Shown here: piece by piece, positions 61,708-64,000 of the stretch | How positions within the stretch are numbered: position 1 is the stretch's first letter | Layout: each line of letters begins with the position of its first letter | Virus record (IMG/VR): IMGVR_UViG_645058824_000001 | Location: 1 to 64,000 of that record | DNA from: a virus | Taxonomy: Duplodnaviria; Caudoviricetes | Strand: one strand, 5' to 3' | DNA length: 64,000 bases | The notes under the pieces: generated by a model | Database searches by the model: none | What the model saw: the letters and a program-made list of their open reading frames with translations, nothing else | Told to the model about the DNA's origin: nothing | Made by a program: the position numbers and the translations under genes

Positions 61708-62387
61708 GACGCGGCCCCGTCCTGGGGCGCCTCGTCGGCGTCGCACTCGTCGCCGCAGAATGCGTGCTCGCCCTCGGCGTGAGCCTGCGCCCGCTGCTCG
61801 CTGAATGGCGGGCAGTCACAGTCGGGCCCGGCTGCCGCGCCACAACCCGAGCAGACGCCCCAATCGGCGGGCCGCTGGAGGGTGTCGACCATCGCCTGCA
61901 CCGACGCGCGGGCGAGCCTCATGCTGGGCGTCTCAGCGGTGGTCTCTTGGCGTGCGGCGGCGTGCAGCAGGTCCGCCACATCCTCCGCACCCAGCGCCCG
62001 CGTCTCGTGGCCCTCCGTGCGGAGACGGGCCGCGGTGGCGGTGGCAGTACGGGCGGCATCGGCGTACACGGCGGACCGGCCGGCGGGCGGGCGGGCTTCC
62101 AGGCAGCGCGCGTCAGAGCCGGGGCTGTGGATCCATCCGGGCTCGCCGGGCCCTGTCCAGCGCTCGATGGGGTCGCCGCAGACGCAGCGGAGTGCGGACC
62201 GGTCGGCGGGCGGCTCCACGACAGCGGGCACCCCCAACGCGGCCCGCAGGGCGGCCAGCCCTTCCGCCGTGAGGCCCACGTCCACAGCCCACGTCTGCGT
62301 GTCCAGGTACGTGATCTCTGGCAGGTGCAGGATGACGCCGTCACGGTCGGGGTCCGGCGTGACGGTCGGGGTCTCGGGGTTGGTCAT
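61704..62387 (-). CDS. mosaic hypothetical protein with small Cys/His modules
   Basis: CVCG..., CSGC...CDC, HAFC; GGAG RBS. Confidence 0.55.
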   Translation of the reverse strand: MTNPETPTVTPDPDRDGVILHLPEITYLDTQTWAVDVGLTAEGLAALRAALGVPAVVEPPADRSALRCVCGDPIERWTGPGEPGWIHSPGSDARCLEARPPAGRSAVYADAARTATATAARLRTEGHETRALGAEDVADLLHAAARQETTAETPSMRLARASVQAMVDTLQRPADWGVCSGCGAAAGPDCDCPPFSEQRAQAHAEGEHAFCGDECDADEAPQDGAAS

Positions 62388-62470
62388 CGGGTGTCTCCAG
62401 GGGTGAGGCCGGGTGAGAAGATGGGCGGGCCGGCTGCCCCTGATACGACCAGGGGCAGCCGTGCACGTGG

Positions 62471-62854
62471 TCAGGCAGTCAGCCACTCGCCCCACCGGCA
62501 GCCGGTGCACAGCCAGGCGTCGCCCTCCCGCAGGTCCGTGCAGTAGCCGGGCTCGAACTCGACGCGTCCGCCGCACTCCGGGCACTCCTCGGGCTTCCCG
62601 TCCGGTTCGGCGTCGTCCTCAACGTCGGCGGCCTGGGGCTCGGCGTCGTTCACCGGGTAGTCCCGCACCAGCCGGTAGCCGGCCGCCCGGTACTTGCCCA
62701 GCAGCGCGTCGACCGCCTTCCGGCCGCCCTCGCTGTCCTCGCCGTCGCCGCCGGTGACGCGGACGGTGTAGCCGTCCGTCCACAGCTCGACGGTGACCTC
62801 GTCGGCGTCGTCGCGGGCCAGGTTCCAGGTGTGCTGTACGTGCTCGTCGCTCAT
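62471..62854 (-). CDS. hypothetical protein with C-terminal zinc ribbon
   Basis: CPECGG...CTGC; GGAG RBS. Confidence 0.65.
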   Translation of the reverse strand: MSDEHVQHTWNLARDDADEVTVELWTDGYTVRVTGGDGEDSEGGRKAVDALLGKYRAAGYRLVRDYPVNDAEPQAADVEDDAEPDGKPEECPECGGRVEFEPGYCTDLREGDAWLCTGCRWGEWLTA

Positions 62855-63042
62855 GGTTTTCTCCTTCGATGGGGTGTACGGGACAGGGCCAGCCGGGTTC
62901 TTACTCGCGGGTCAGGTGCGCGCCCTCACCCACAACCGGGCCCCCGATCGCGGGCGGTCGGTCATGGGGTCCTCCGGGTGGCGCGGGTAGGATTCGGCGC
63001 AGGCTCGGGGCGCGATAACGGCGCGCCCCGAGCCGTCGGTGT

Positions 63043-63435
63043 TCACGGGGTGGGGTGGGTGCGGCGGTACACGCTCAGCGCCGTCATCCCGTTGACCATG
63101 ACCTTGGGCGCGTGCTCCTTCGCGAGCCGCAGCGCCGTGTCAAGGTCGAAGCGGTGCGCGGCCAGCCACTCGTCCTCCCGCTCGGACGGCACGGACTCCC
63201 ACGACCACACGCCCTCGGCGTTCATGCACAGCCGGTGCCGGACCACAGCCCAGCGGTTGTCGCCCCGGTACTCGACGTTGATCGTGAACAGCAGGCGATT
63301 CACGTCGCCCTCCGGCAGCAGCGACACCTCGTAGCGGGTCGCCTGCACGATCGGCTCGGGTTGGCCGGGCTGGACGTGGCCGAGGCCTTCGCGGATCTCC
63401 CGCATCGTCATCGCGCGCTTGGGCTGGTCGGTCAT
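63043..63435 (-). CDS. hypothetical phage protein
   Basis: GAGGAG RBS; MTDQP start. Confidence 0.65.
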   Translation of the reverse strand: MTDQPKRAMTMREIREGLGHVQPGQPEPIVQATRYEVSLLPEGDVNRLLFTINVEYRGDNRWAVVRHRLCMNAEGVWSWESVPSEREDEWLAAHRFDLDTALRLAKEHAPKVMVNGMTALSVYRRTHPTP

Positions 63436-63863
63436 CGGGTCTCCTCGGTGGTGGGGCGGGCGTAGCGGTTGGTCCAGCCGACGGTGGCGTCGGCGCAGTG
63501 GTCGCCGTCGTGGCCGGGCTCCAGGTCGCAGACGTCGGCGTCGTACTCGTCGCCGCAGATCTCCGGGTCCAGGTCGGTCGGGGTGAGTCGGGCGGGGCAG
63601 AAGCGGGCGCCCGCGCTGAGACCGGTCTCGCCGCCGCTCAGGTCGAGGTACACGAACTCCCCGACGGTCAGGTCCCGGTCGGTGCGGAAGAAGCAGTCGG
63701 CCATCTCCGGGTGGCCCTTCGCGGCGAGGACGGGCCGCAGGTACGGGATCGCGTACTCCGCAACCTGCCGGGCCGCGGCGTTCCGGTCGGCGAAGTCCAC
63801 AGTGATCGGCGGGACGGGCCACGCCGGGCCGAACTCGATGCGGTAGACGGTGGGCTGGGTCAT
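63432..63863 (-). CDS. hypothetical phage protein
   Basis: GGAG RBS; CDLEPGHDGDH module. Confidence 0.6.
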   Translation of the reverse strand: MTQPTVYRIEFGPAWPVPPITVDFADRNAAARQVAEYAIPYLRPVLAAKGHPEMADCFFRTDRDLTVGEFVYLDLSGGETGLSAGARFCPARLTPTDLDPEICGDEYDADVCDLEPGHDGDHCADATVGWTNRYARPTTEETR

Positions 63864-64000
63864 GGATTTCTCCTTGGGGTTGGGCTGGTCACAAGGACCA
63901 GAGGCTGGGCTGCATGGGTCGGAGTTCGAGGGCGGTTTGGTCGGGGTGCACTTCGGGTGGTGTGTCCGGGCGGGGCACGGGACGCGGCCGGCGAGCACCA

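Larger units (their letters stand above)
1..64000. mobile_element. Streptomyces-type temperate siphophage / phage-plasmid (partial; ends not visible)
   Basis: Full head-tail-lysis gene set 7780-31930, phage-type small accessory ORFs on both flanks, very high GC, no host core genes. Confidence 0.95.

Noticed and set aside
40364-63000. Many intergenic GC hairpins in the leftward operon as one antitermination or processing signal
   Set aside because: No shared loop or stem sequence among them; compatible with ordinary terminators or stabilisers

Overview
The whole window is one high-GC, Streptomyces-type temperate siphophage or phage-plasmid; no host housekeeping gene, tRNA, rRNA or CRISPR array was seen. 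A complete leftward late region runs terS-terL-portal-MuF-like-scaffold-capsid-head/tail connectors-tail tube-chaperone (with a GGGAAAG -1 frameshift)-tape measure-minor tail genes-LysM amidase endolysin-holin and membrane genes. Unusual features: (1) two GT-B glycosyltransferase genes are interleaved among the head-connector genes, and both the capsid and tail-tube proteins end in a C-terminal Ser, suggesting virion glycosylation. (2) A Streptomyces conjugation block (TraB, a clt-like GACCCTG repeat palindrome, spd-like membrane genes, HTH-NUDIX plus NUDIX) is embedded among the phage genes. (3) An internal tyrosine recombinase lies near a symmetric dif/lox-like 10-7-10 site. (4) A second fibre/lectin/NlpC-P60/methyltransferase module lies upstream of the terminase. 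(5) Two unrelated HNH genes share a covarying two-hairpin leader. (6) Several leaderless HTH/RHH mini-switches each have their own operator array. Replication genes and the element ends are not visible. All product calls come from motif recognition by eye; no database search was run.
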